DNA of 64,000 nt from Octopus vulgaris (taxonomy: Eukaryota). Below, piece by piece: positions 36,875 through 49,267 of this stretch; within the stretch, counting starts at the first letter, position 1, and every line of letters starts with the position of its first letter. Location of the stretch: assembly GCA_951406725.2 (NCBI GenBank), contig OX597814.1:97774001-97838000 (forward strand). The letters are read 5' to 3'. The position numbers and the translations under genes were made by a program. The notes under the pieces are model-generated. The model ran no database searches, was not told the DNA's origin, and was given only the letters and a program-made list of their open reading frames with translations.

Positions 36875-37460
36875 CTAATTATTTGCCATTCCATTCATTC
36901 CATGATGTTGTCCAGTAAGATTTTCTTCTGCTTCCTTCTTTCTCCAACCACATTTCCTTGAAGAATGGTTTTTGAAAGTCCTTGAATTTAGTTCCATTTC
37001 AAATAGCCCCACCATTTCAGCTTTCTTTTCTTCATCTCTGTGTGTGTCACTGTGATGCTGTACTGTTATATGAACTTGCTCATTTGGGATGTGTTCTAAA
37101 TATGAAATATCTAAGTTGTTGTGGAAGCATCTCCTTACTTGTACCTCTACCTTTCTCTGAACTCTACAAACATCCATGTATACAAGAAAGTGAAGAGAAC
37201 CAGTGAATACTGGAGTATAATGTTTCTCTTGTTAGTGATGTTTTTATCTCTCCACAATAGCTTCGGTTTGATTTGGGAAGTTATTGCCTCTGCAGTTCTT
37301 GCAAAGATTTCTAGTCTTACCCTTTTATCATTAATGACTACTGCCAGATATTTAAACAACTGTACAATCTCTAGTTTCTCTCTTAGAATAGAGAAGTCTG
37401 ATGTAATGTTTGTATATATTATCATGAGATCTTTTTCAACAGCACGCCCACGCACGCTTG
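36875..37460 (-). mobile_element. Decayed RTE RT C-terminal fragment
   Basis: EKLEIVQLFKYL...EIFAR...LLWRDKNI and other motifs typical of the RTE post-RT region. Confidence 0.7.
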
Positions 37461-37483
37461 TTATATAGCATGTTCATTACATA

Positions 37484-37603
37484 AGGGTGAATCAGAAAGT
37501 AATGCAATTCTTATTTGCATTACTTTTTTACTTACTCTCATATACAGGAAAGTAAATAAAAAAGTAATGCAAATAAAGATTGTATTACTTTCTGACTCAC
37601 TCT
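37484..37603. mobile_element. Small fold-back MITE (mariner-like ends)
   Basis: About 50-bp imperfect inverted arms gggtgaatcagaaagtaatgcaa... and ...tattactttctgactcactc. Confidence 0.7.
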
Positions 37604-38380
37604 GGTTTTTTTTTTCTTTTTTACACATAGACACAATTTTTTCATTGAAACAATTTAAAATCAGTAAATAGAATACTTGCAGTATGACACGAATTATTAT
37701 TTTTTAAATTTTAATATTGAAATTAATAAGATTATCGTGTCATTAGCGAACAATTGAATTTACTTTAAACTTTAACGTAAGGGAGGTAATCATGCTGATT
37801 GAGTACGAACCCTTTTTCTTATTAGTGTCCCTTGGCACATGGCATTTCAAATTTACTTATAGATGTTATATTTTCGTTTACCGTATTTTACCACTTTTCT
37901 TTTTTTTTTTAATCAAAAATTAGGTTAAAAATACGGGAGTTCCTTATACAGGGGTAATATTATAGATTTTAATAAATTATTTAATTCTTCGAATCTCAAA
38001 TCTCCATGACTTACAACAGCACATACCTCGAGCCAACACCCAAAGGGTTACAACGTCCTATTGGATGAGTTGCTATCCGTTCAAGCAACGGCATAAAGCG
38101 GCCATGCCGAACCAATCGTCTGCCGAACAGTACTTACCCGTGCTCACTGAGGCTGTTAGATCCGTATTTTTGTATTAACCCAAGAGTTCTATATTGTATT
38201 TAAAATTGCGAGATCTGAACAGATCCAAATTGCGAGCAAAGTGCAGACATTTACACTTTTTTAAAAACCCACGTCGCCTACAGATGTCATACAACCTATC
38301 AGAGACAGCAAACATGCTCAATAGCCATGTATGGCAATGCAGCTCACTCTGAAACAGGCGTGAATGTAGCATAACCAAAT

Positions 38381-39449
38381 ATGGAAATTCAACTGAGACA
38401 CAACCTTAGGTATTGTCTATTGTTATTTAAATTTATGAGTTCAATAAAGGTAACAACTCAATGGAAAGTGCGAGGAATATTAATGCAGTATATGGGGATC
38501 AGACAATAAGTGTGGAGTTTCCAGAAATTCTGAGCTGGAAACTATGGCCTAGAAGACGAGCCTTGTCCTGGAAGATCTGTAGAGCTTTATGAGGATGTCC
38601 TGCAAACTCTGGGGGAACAAAATCCCATTGTAACTGTTGAGGAACTAGCAGAGACACTTGAATTTGGTCATTCAACCATTCACCGACACCTGTATGCCAT
38701 CAGTAAATTGGGTCAATGGGTTCCTCACAAACTTTCTGAGTCTAATCACATGCAGAGAGTGAATGTGTGCTCTTGTTTGCACTTACGTTTCACAAATGAA
38801 CATTTTCTGGACCAAATAGTGACTGGTGATGAGAAATGAGTTCTCTATAAAAATGTCAAGCACTGAAGACAGTGGGCAGGGAAAAGAGAAACACCAGCAC
38901 TCCAGGTTAAAGGTCTTCACTTATGTAAGGTGTTGTTATCTGTTTGGTGGAATAAGAAAGATTTAGTCCACTTTGAACTTTGAAACCCAAACCAAATGAT
39001 AATGTAGATCTACTGCAAGCAGCTTCAGCAGGAAAACGACCATCTTTGGTTTCAAGACAAAAGGTGTTCTTCCATCAAGATAATACTTGGCTACATACTG
39101 CAAGGATGACATTTCAAAGGCTGGAGCAGTTTGAATCGGAAACGATGCCCCACCCACCATATTCACTGGACATCATCCCATCTGATTATCATTTACTCTG
39201 CAATCTTCAAAATCATTTGGACGGAAAAAATATGAATTCTGTAGATGAAGTCAGAACAGTACTGGAGGAGTATTTTTCATCACAGACAAGTGAATTTTGG
39301 AAGAGAGGCCTTGCAAGTTTACTAGATAGATGGGAAAGCATTGTAGAAAATGGAGAGTATATTTTAGATTTTAAAAAAACTTTGCTTATCTTAATTTTGA
39401 AAAATAAAAGAAGTATAAAAAGCCGCATTATTTAAGGGATGACCCAATA
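38381..39449 (+). mobile_element. Decayed mariner (DD34D) transposon
   Basis: WVPHKLS, IVTGDEK, FHQDN and HPPYSLDIIPSDYHL; probable 3' TIR ...gggatgacccaa+TA; matching 5' TIR not found. Confidence 0.9.
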
Positions 39450-40984
39450 TATCGAATTTATAGATTCCAGGGAGGAATATTGTCTCTGGTTAAGGTTTAC
39501 TACCACTGTATCAAGAGATATCATCTATCTAAGATACTCACCTGAGTCTCAGCTCTCATCTAGGGCTTCCTCTAGTTGGTAACATGTAACTCTGAATAAA
39601 AGGAGAGCATATATTTTGGTTTGTTCAAAGCAGTCTATCATCATAGAAATCACTGGAAGAGGCAGAGAGAAGAAAGTTCACATCTGTGAATTTGTGTCTG
39701 AAATGTGTTGATGATTGAATTTTTGTCCATCAGTCTGATGGCTCTTTCAGATGTGGTCTAGGCTGTTTGTGTGTTTAGTTCTTTTTTTCTCATTGACTGA
39801 CTCTACTTCACTTCAATTTTTTTCTTTATTTGCTACTTCTTTCTAGTGTTTATCAAGGACACACACATACAGAGTTATATAAGAATAACCAATACTATAT
39901 TATGACACAGAATGCTTAATTCTTTTCTTAATCTTCAGTTTCTTTACTAATTCGTGGTCTGACTTATTTTTAACAATGCAACCTGAAATTTTCTGTGCTT
40001 TCTGTTCTGGGCAATTTTAATGATAATGACCATAAGCAACAAGTTTCAATAATTTTCTCAAAGTTTTTCCAAAACTAAATATATTCAGTCATTGTTATCA
40101 TTTGTAAACATGGGAATCTTTACTAGCTAATTTTTACTAAGCATTTGTTTCTTGATTGTATCTGACTACTGGCTACTGGCTATTTCTGAAAATTAGAATA
40201 CTTCTCTTTGATGTGATATAATAGGCCTTGTCATGCTATAAGTTTTTGCTTCAATGCTTTTTGGTTGGGAGATATTTAATGAGGGTTTTTGTTGACTTTC
40301 CTAAGTTAATAGGGTCATAGCAGAAAGAAGAAGAGTGGGGAGAGAGAAGATTTCTAGTGTCAACTGCTAAGAATTAAACAACACTGTATCATTTCTATTT
40401 GATATTGTAATTTTGATGACAGGTATAAAAGGTAGTTTGTCAGGTACATAGGAGTCTAAAACGACCCAATCTCCTACAGGCTATTGCTTTCAACTGGAAA
40501 CTGGCAGTATAGTGAAAAGGTGATATGAAATGGCTTGGCTAGGAATCAGACATACATCCAAGCATTGGCTTGCTGGTAACCTACTACAATGTTAAAATAC
40601 GTAGAATTTCCCCTCTATATCAGAAATAAATATATATCTTACGTTACAGTCTTAAATATAGTCAAAATAAAATTGATGAATAAATATAATACAATTTTTT
40701 TCAATTGATTGCATATTTTATGCTGAGAACATTAGTTTTGTACTTTGTTAAAAAGAATTTCGATATCCCTTTTGTTACCATATTTCTATTGAAATATGCT
40801 ACCTTTGTTTCAATTAAGTTTGAAAATAATGAAGAATTTGGTAAAATAATTTTGTCATTATTAAACTGGTGTTTAAAATTAAAATTAGCAGGAAGTTTTG
40901 ATGGAAGGCTTTAGTTTGGATCATTTTAAAACAACAAGTTTGTATCAAAAGACCAAGGACAGTCTCAGGTGGGTCATTGTTGTC

Positions 40985-41470
40985 ATAATTTATCATCCGC
41001 TTTCCATGCTGGCATGGGTTGGACAGTTTGACAGGAACTGGTCAAAAAGAGAGCTGTCCAGACTTCAGTTGACTGTTATAGCATGGTTTCTACAGCTGGA
41101 TGCCCTTCTTAATGTCAACTACTTTATAGAGTGTGCTGGGTGCTTTTTGCATGCCACTGGCATGAACGTATTTATGTAGCAATAGCACAAGTGCATTTTG
41201 CATGGCACCAGCATGAGTGCCTTTTATGTGACACAGGCACCTGCAAAGGACATGCCTGTATGTATGGATGGCCATGATCTTACTTAGCTTGATGTGTCTT
41301 CTCAAGTACAGCAAATCACCAAAACTCCCAATACCTTGTCATTTCCTCAGTGAGGCCCAGAATCTGAAGATCCTTTCTCACAACTTCATCCTACATCTTC
41401 CTGGGTCTACCTCTTTCACAGGTTCCCTTCACAATTAGAGATTGGCACTTCTTTAAACAGCTGTTCTTAT
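40985..41470 (-). mobile_element. Old RTE 3' end
   Basis: GTCERGRPRKM-coding end plus family 3' UTR and degenerate tail. Confidence 0.75.
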
Positions 41471-42357
41471 TCAAAGGGGTTAATTCATTGCTTATAATGA
41501 TACTCATGATCTAAACTTTTAAATATTTTCCTTAACACTTGTTATATTTCTGTTGAAATATAACTGCCTTTTACCAATTAATTTCAAAAATAATGTAGTA
41601 TGTAGTAAAATAACTGTCATTATTAATCAGGTGTTTCAGGTGGTGAGCTGGCAGAATTATTAGCACATTGGCATTTTGTCCATTTTTACATTCTGAGTTC
41701 GAATTTCACTAAGTTCAACTTTGCCTTTCATCCTTTTGGGGTCAATGAGTACTGGGATCAATGAAATCGATTTATCTCCTCCCCACCAAATTGCGCCAAA
41801 ATTTGAAACCATTATTAATCAAGTGTTTGGAATATAACATGAAATTTTTATGAAAGATTTAAATTTAGATCATTTTAAAACAATAAGTTTGTATCATACA
41901 ACCAAAGGCGGCTTTAAAAGGGTGACAAAAAAAAAAAATCAACTGGCATTGACCACGTGTCAAAGAAAGTTGCTTGACCACTTAAGTTTGAATAATTATA
42001 TGCATATAATGTTCTATTTTCATAGATCTAGATTGCTTGCCTACTTTGTGACACCCTAACTAAACAAACCTGAAAAAAATAACAGTAATTCTAAATAAAT
42101 AATCTCAAACTGTGTCTTACATTGCTCAATAACTAAGACTCTCAATCTTTTTTTTCTTATAATGATACTTTTTCAGACTTCAAATATAGTTACAGTTATA
42201 AAATAGCTGCTTTAGGTGAACAGCTGAGACATTTTATTTACAAAAGAACACAGAACCTAAACACATTAAACAAGTGGTTATATGATGAAATTGCTATAAC
42301 TATTGCTGTTTATTAGACTCACAGAGCTTTCTATTTTAAGAAGACTAGCTGGAATTA

Positions 42358-42459
42358 TTAACAAAATAAAGCATTTAATTTGCATTTAGCCTTGGGCATC
42401 GAATTTTTATAGTAAGCACGCTCTTCTTGAATTTCGGACTTGATATATGCAGTCTGTAC
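42358..42459 (-). CDS. Possible terminal coding exon of a small divergent gene
   Basis: Acceptor ctttctatccatatttAG, then VQTAYIKSEIQEERAYYKNSMPKAKCKLNALFC*; minus-strand AATAAA downstream; upstream exon not resolved. Confidence 0.3.
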   Translation of the reverse strand, partial: VQTAYIKSEIQEERAYYKNSMPKAKCKLNALFC

Positions 42460-43239
42460 CTAAATATGGATAGAAAGTTCATTAAAGGGGTATTGGTGGA
42501 TAAAATTAAATCAGTTGGGAAGCTACAAAAATGCTTTGGTATGATTAAAGTGTCATTCAGTAAGGAATGTGTGTGTGAGAGAGAAAAAGAAAACACACAC
42601 ACACAACCATAACATCCTGGACTGCTTTCAAAGGGCCACTGGCATTAACTCACTAACAGACATTCTTCAGCTTCTGGCCCAGAAGTTTGAAGTATTCTCT
42701 CTATGCGTTCGCCTAATGAATGGCCTCTGTTCAACAGAGCTGGCTGGTCTCTGACTAAGGCACTCCATATGTATTCCTCTCTCCTGCCTTTCATCACACT
42801 TTTTGCATCCACTTTCTCCTTCCTCACTAACTACAATATCCAGTCCTTTCTCCCCAGAAAGTACTGGATATTGTAGTTAATTCACTCATCTTCCTTTTCC
42901 TCACCCCCCCCCCCCCCATCAGTTTTGTTTATTGTATGATTTTTTATGTTAGTATGACACTAAATGACCAGAGGGATAAATTTCCCGCATAGGCCTTTAG
43001 CCTTTCGGTGATAACTTTTTTAAGCAGCTAAACTGAACTTCACATTGCAGACTATCGAATCATCATTCTTCAACATTAGTTCTACCTCTGTTGTAATTTA
43101 GGGAATGATGCGAGTCAACGAGGAAGCTTCGATGTTGTCTTTTGATTTACTAATTATATCAGCCAAATTTCTCTCAACGCACACATTAACGTTAATAAAA
43201 AAATGGCTAATGCAATCTTACATAAATAAGACGGGTACT

Positions 43240-43457
43240 GCATCCGCGCTAGCTAGTCATGACTAGTCAATCCTTACTTTGTGTTTTTATATTTTATTTA
43301 CTTTGTTTAGAAAAATTATTTACTTTGTGTTTTTGTGTTATGTTTACTTTGTTTTAAAAAAATTATTTACTTTGTGTAAAAAAACATTTTGTGTTTTATT
43401 TACTTTGCTAGGTAGTCGTTGAAGGATCGACTAGTTATAACAAGCTAGTGCGGATGC
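43240..43457. mobile_element. MITE-like element with 36-bp TIRs
   Basis: gcatccgcgctagctagtcatgactagtcaatcctt and its near reverse complement; interior of ttatttactttg repeats. Confidence 0.7.
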
Positions 43458-44449
43458 GCGACTACGCGAGTGCGCGCACCGGGATCACTCTTCTGAAGTA
43501 AAACCAATAAGACGATCACAACTGGAACGCCTTTGTTCTTAGGTCTTGTTCAATCAGCATCGATCTGGGATGAAACAATAACATAAGTGTCATTGGCAGA
43601 GAATTCTGTCATCTTGCAGTACCTTCTTTTAGATAAGGCGGACTAAAATGTTTGACTGGGCCCCCTAAATTTTCATTCCTTGTACCTATAATAACAGAAA
43701 GTACTACATATGTCGGGGATCCATCGCAGAACGAACGATTAAAACAGGCGCTCTCACGTTTATTTTTGTTTTTTGATCTGGCGGAGTTTTGGATGGCAGT
43801 GCAGAAGGGAGGGGAGTGAAGAAAACAACAAAGATTTTCAAACATTTTTTAAATAAAAAGCTTCCCCACCAACACTTGAAAGGTCGTGAGGAGAAGAACA
43901 TTGGAAAAATCCCTGTCAATACGAAGAAAATCCAACTTATGTGGGCACCTTGATCCGAAACTCCGCCTTCGATCTCAAATGAGTCCTGATCGAACAGGTG
44001 TTCCAAGCAGTAATTACTTTGGATTTATTTCAGATATAGTGTATCTAAGACTAAATTATCCAATCTCTTATGTCTGAGATAGGTTTGCCTGTTATTTCTA
44101 GCATTTTGAGAGACTGCATCAAGGCTCCTGTCTCACCTGTTGTTTTCAAAATAAGCGTGGCTCGGGGGTTATTTCCCTTGACTCTCCCCAGACAAAACAA
44201 AACTAAATTTAATTCTCAGCCAACTCTCGTCCTGCAAGCTTTTAATTTATATTTAGTGAGAATGTTTCATCCCAAGCATTCTAAAACAAATCGCAAATAC
44301 CCCATGGTTGGTATTATTATTTATTTCAATTAAGATTTTATTTACTGTAAAAATCAGAAGTTTCTGTAATTCAGAGAAATGTCAAAATTATTATTTTTTT
44401 ACGAGTAAATTTTCAATGAATTTCACTCCGTTTTCTGACTATGTACTTG

Positions 44450-44463
44450 GTATCCATGGCAAC
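44450..44463. promoter_or_regulatory. RFX X-box in the CEP89 promoter
   Basis: GTATCCATGGCAAC fits the GTHNYY-AT-RRNAAC consensus; within a CpG-retaining region; followed by a candidate non-coding exon with donor GTAGGT at 44543. Confidence 0.7.
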
Positions 44464-45330
44464 GCCAGCGTTTACTTCTTCTAACAATAGTTTGTCGGAT
44501 TTAATGCGAGAAATGTGATACAAAACCAGAAAGGAAAATATTGTAGGTTTAACATTATACTCGAGTATGATGGAAAGAAGATAAGAGTATAAAATATATC
44601 ACTAGTTTTTAGGTACAAAAGTGTATGTATATATATACATATATATGTGGTGTATAGGGGGTGGGGTTTATATTATATTCGAGATCGTATTCTATTGGAG
44701 TAAATGTTGTTTTTTTAGGATTCCTAACTCAAACATAATATGAAGAGGATTTTAAGAATATAATTCGAAGTAAAAAAAAAACAAAAAAAAAAACATAAAG
44801 CAAGATTACTTAAAAAATTTCTATCTAAATAAACTATTAACAGGGATCTGTGAAAAGGATGAGCTCTTTTGGACCTTTTGCTTCTAAATTAACATAAACT
44901 CTCTAAATATGTATTTTGACTCCTCAGTTGAATTATGGTTTTCCCAATTTCAGATTGGGCATATTCGATATAGCTAATACAATTATTGATGTAATATATA
45001 ATTTATATACTTCAAATTACTTCGATACTTCTCTCAAGATTAAGTATTCTATTTCTTCGCACTGAGACTACACCAGAAGAGACTTTTTATTTTATACTCT
45101 GGACTGTAGTTTATATGAAACACTAGTTTATATAGAGCAAAGAAAAATGAATGATCTGCTTTAATTTCAAGTGATTACACCAAGGATAAGTCCTCTTAAC
45201 CATTTAAGACTACACAAGAACTGTTATATTAAACTTCGTTGATTTTTAGTTTTTGAAGTGTCTTAATTTTTCGACGCACTTTTGTGACATTGTCACTAAT
45301 ATAATTACGCTGTATCTTGAGGTCAGCCAC

Positions 45331-45354
45331 ATGCCGAACGAAACACTTATGTTT
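45331..45354 (+). CDS. CEP89: CEP89 probable first coding exon (MPNETLMF)
   Basis: gccacATG context, phase-0 donor GTGAGC matching the next exon; candidate acceptor at 45249. Confidence 0.6.
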
Positions 45355-46949
45355 GTGAGCATATTATCTTTTGCAGATTCCAAATTATTAAAGTATCACT
45401 TGTATACATGTGTGTGTGTGATAACACATAGCACCGAGGGGAATAACTTGTGTGCAACCTAGGGCAACAATTTTTATTCATAGTTACTGCTCTGTTTGAT
45501 AGGTTACCTTTGTTGTGGCTTGCAAAGTTCATATCTTCCCCGTACAGAATTTTTATCAGGTTTACTACTCTCCTAGTTGGTATGGAGTCCTCCTCTCCAC
45601 TGTGCAGTTAGTAGTTTAGGCTTAGTAGTCACTTCCCTGTGTAATATTTCCAGGACTTCTCAGAATGTGATAGTAGGTGGGAGGGGCAGCTTAAGGTAAG
45701 TTGGAGGTCTTGTTTGAAGTCAAGGTGGGGAAAAAGGAAGCAGGTAATTGTAATTAGAGTAATCACAGCTGGTTATGCTTGTCATGGTAGGAGATGGGTA
45801 CTCCACTCTGCTACTGAGTAAACATGTTTGCCAAACTGTTCTGCTTTCATACCTCAGAGAGTGGAAGAGAGGAAAGGCGAGGCAAGTTTTTGTTAGCAAT
45901 AACATAAATACAACTAATCGTCATCATCATTGCTTTCAAGCTGGCATGGGTACAGTTAGACATGATCCACCTAGCCTGAGGGCTGTGTTAGCCTCCATTA
46001 TCTGTTTCTGCAACTGCAAGCTCTTCTTAATACCAATCAGATTACGGGGTGTGCTGGACACGTTTTCAAGGCACCAGCACTAGTAGGGTCACCAAGTAAC
46101 ATGCAAGAGAAGACTCCTTCACAAAGTGGGGATACAATATTGAGAGAGGTGGCATTGTTCCAGTTGTAGAGGCCAAAGCAGGAAAGAGGGACAGGAACAG
46201 CTGTTTTGCTGTAGAGGAGATACATGGGTACCCCAGCAGGAAAGATAAAAAGGAAATGAGGTTGCAGGCCAGAAGGTGTGTAGAGAGACAATAGGAAGGT
46301 GGAAGGGGGCAGAAAATTGAGGATGGTTGGGCAGGTAGGAAGGAGAGATGAGAGGAACAACAGCAACAGTAATTCCCTTATTCCATTCTCGTGTTAGAGA
46401 GATAATGGGAAACCATGACATCTTCCAAATCATCAATGATTATATTCTTGTACCAAATACAACAGTAAGTCTCTGCATGGAAGGAGAAACAGGAGAGAGG
46501 ACACAGCTTAAATAAATATGATGATCATAATACTAACAACAATATCAGTCATAATTAACAAGTATCATATTTATTATGTATTTATTACAACTTGTTATTT
46601 GTAATAAACTTTATCCTGTTTCTCATAACTTGTTCTCTCTCTCTTCCTTGCTTTTCTCATTCTCTACCCCCACTCTCTCTAAACTTATTGCTATATTTGT
46701 TCAAAAAGGAGCAGAATACATAAGGATCATGGGAAAAGAGAAAGGCTTTCCAAATGGAAAAAAAATCAGACAGAGGAGGGAAAAAGAGAGGGAAAGAGTA
46801 AAAGGAGAAAACAAGAAAGGGGATGGGGAGAGGGAGAGTGAGAGAAAAGAAATAAGAAAACAGCAGATGAGGAGATGGTCACAAAACTATAAGTAGCAAT
46901 ATTAGTCCAAGAAATCTACATTGCGTTATAGTTTAAATAGCGAAACATC

Positions 46950-47276
46950 GACTGGCACTCCATCTGCTATGATGATAAGGGTTCTAGTTGATCCAATCAA
47001 TGGAACAGCCTGCTCACAAAATTAACATGCATGTGGATGAGCACTCCACAGACATGTGTACCCTTAATGTAGTTCTCAGGGAAATTCAGTAGGACACAGA
47101 ATGTGACAAGGCCAGCCTTTTGAATTACAGGTACAACTCATTTTTGCCAGCTGAGTGGACTGGAACAATGTGAAATAAAGTGTCTTTCTTAAGGACACAA
47201 TGTGCCACCAGGAATCGAACTCATGACCTTATGATCATGAGCCATTTACCCTAACCACTAAGCCATGCACCTTCAC
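46950..47276 (-). mobile_element. tRNA-derived SINE (family C)
   Basis: Minus-strand head tggcttagtggttaggg...gagttcgattcc; second copy at about 60497-60783. Confidence 0.8.
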
Positions 47277-47982
47277 TAGAGAAACACTGAGCACAGAGAA
47301 TAAGTCAAATGAATAGGACATGGAAAAAATATAAATAAAGATACATTTTTTTCATCAACTGTTGAAGATAGTGGTCCTGTTGCTAATGCATTGAAACCAC
47401 AAAACTTCAGTAAAAAGCTAATGAAGAAGTATTTAACTCTGTGATTTTCTATGTCATATCTGACGTATTCTTTGTGCTTAATTTTTCTCGTTTTTTATTA
47501 TAATACAATACAGATTTCTTCAACCAACATTTGTTATACATGCACACACACACTAACACACACACATACACACACACACACGCACACATGTATAAAGTAA
47601 TTATATGTAAATTCTGACAAAACCAAAAACTTATACAAGGTACATAAGAATACATGTCATAGATTACTCTCAGATTCAATCTGTCACCATTGTGAAAATA
47701 TCATATTACTCTGCTTTGAAAAAAAGTAATACCAGACTAGATCAGAGACAGATAGTCTTCAGATAATAAAACTTATTTTGCCTTATCATAAGATTATAAG
47801 TGTAACTTTTCTCAGCATTACTAATTTTATAGATTGAGCTACCCTCTAAATCTAAATCTAATGAACAAAAATACATTAGATTTTATACTACTAAATATTA
47901 AAGATGCCAAGGATTCTACTATGAAGTAGCATTAAAGCTGTCATATAACTTGGTTTATATCTATAATTGAAAAAAACAAGTG

Positions 47983-48567
47983 TTTAGCATTTGAACCAAG
48001 CCATATTCAGCCCAAATATTCTACCCTCCCACACCTACCCTACATTGTCATTCTAAGAGTAAGCAATCAATTCTTCAAAATCTTAAAGCTACATGATAAT
48101 ACTTTACTCTTTTACTCTTTTACTTGTTTCAGTCATTTGACTGCGGCCATGCTGGAGCACCGCCTTTAGTCGAGCAAATCGACGCCGGGACTTATTCTTT
48201 GTAAGCCCAGTACTTATCCTATTGGTCTCTTTTGCCGAACCGCTAAGTGACGGGGACGTAAACACACCAGCATCGGTTGTCAAGCAATCCTAGGGGGACA
48301 AACAGACGCACAAACACACATACATATATATATATACATATATACGACGGGCTTCTTTCAGTTTCCGTCTACCAAATCCACTCACAAGGCATTGGTCGGC
48401 CCGGGGCTATAGCAGAAGACACATGCCCAAGATGCCACGCACTGAGACTGAACCCGGAACCATGTGGTTGGTTAGCAAGCTACTTACCACACAGCCACTC
48501 TAATTTTTTAAAATGTGGATAACTACACATCACATTTGACAGAGAAATCTGAATGCTAAAGGGTTAA
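47983..48567 (+). mobile_element. piggyBac-type MITE interrupted by a young family A SINE
   Basis: Ends gctaaaGGG-TTAA; body matches 51598-52087. Confidence 0.7.
48101..48500 (-). mobile_element. Young tRNA SINE, family A
   Basis: Reverse complement of 58368-58826 with few differences; (AGTAAAAG)n tail; CpGs retained. Confidence 0.9.
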
Positions 48568-49267
48568 GTTTAATAGTGTGACTATTTTGCTTCAAACAGA
48601 TATTTCTGCTAGCATGACACGTATCCAAATCACAACTATACGATTAGCCTGTAAATGTTTATTATTTTCTATAACTCAGCAATGATTCTGTTGATGTTTG
48701 TAATAGATAAAAAGATTCAACAGAAGTCAGTGACCTAGTTGGCTTGTATGTTTTAAATAAAACAAAGAATTTTTTTCATTTAATGACAGATTGCTGTTAT
48801 AAAGAAACATCAACCCTCAATCTGTAGATAGATTTCAAAAAGTAAACCCTTTTCAAATAATTATGCTTTAATATTGCAGTACAACAATAAATATAGAGAA
48901 ACTTTCTTAATTGACCTTAGATTTTTCTGATAGCACTTTTAGTTCAAACAAAAAGCCTATAATATATATGATGGGAACAATTGGTAACAAATTAGAGGCA
49001 AAAGTCAGCTTCACTTTTCTTCTGTTGTTAATAGTCATAATAATAATCCTTTCTCCTGTAGGCATAGGCCTAAACTTTTTGGAAAAGGGATAGTTGATTA
49101 CATCAACACTAGTTCTAAACTTTTATGAACTTTATTGACCCCAAAGGGAAGAAAGGGTAAGTGGTCCTCAGCAGAATCTGAACGCACAATGCAAAACTGG
49201 AAGAAATGTCATTAAGCTTTTTGTCTGTTGTGGTAACGATTTTGCCAGCTTGCCACTCTAAATATAA

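Noticed and set aside
42990-43075. Box C/D snoRNA (minus-strand ATGATGA)
   Set aside because: No canonical CTGA D box or terminal stem at a suitable distance.
43609-44077. ORFs in the CEP89 upstream island as the CEP89 first exon or FAAP24
   Set aside because: No recognisable homology and no phase-0 donor; a better first coding exon exists at 45331-45354.
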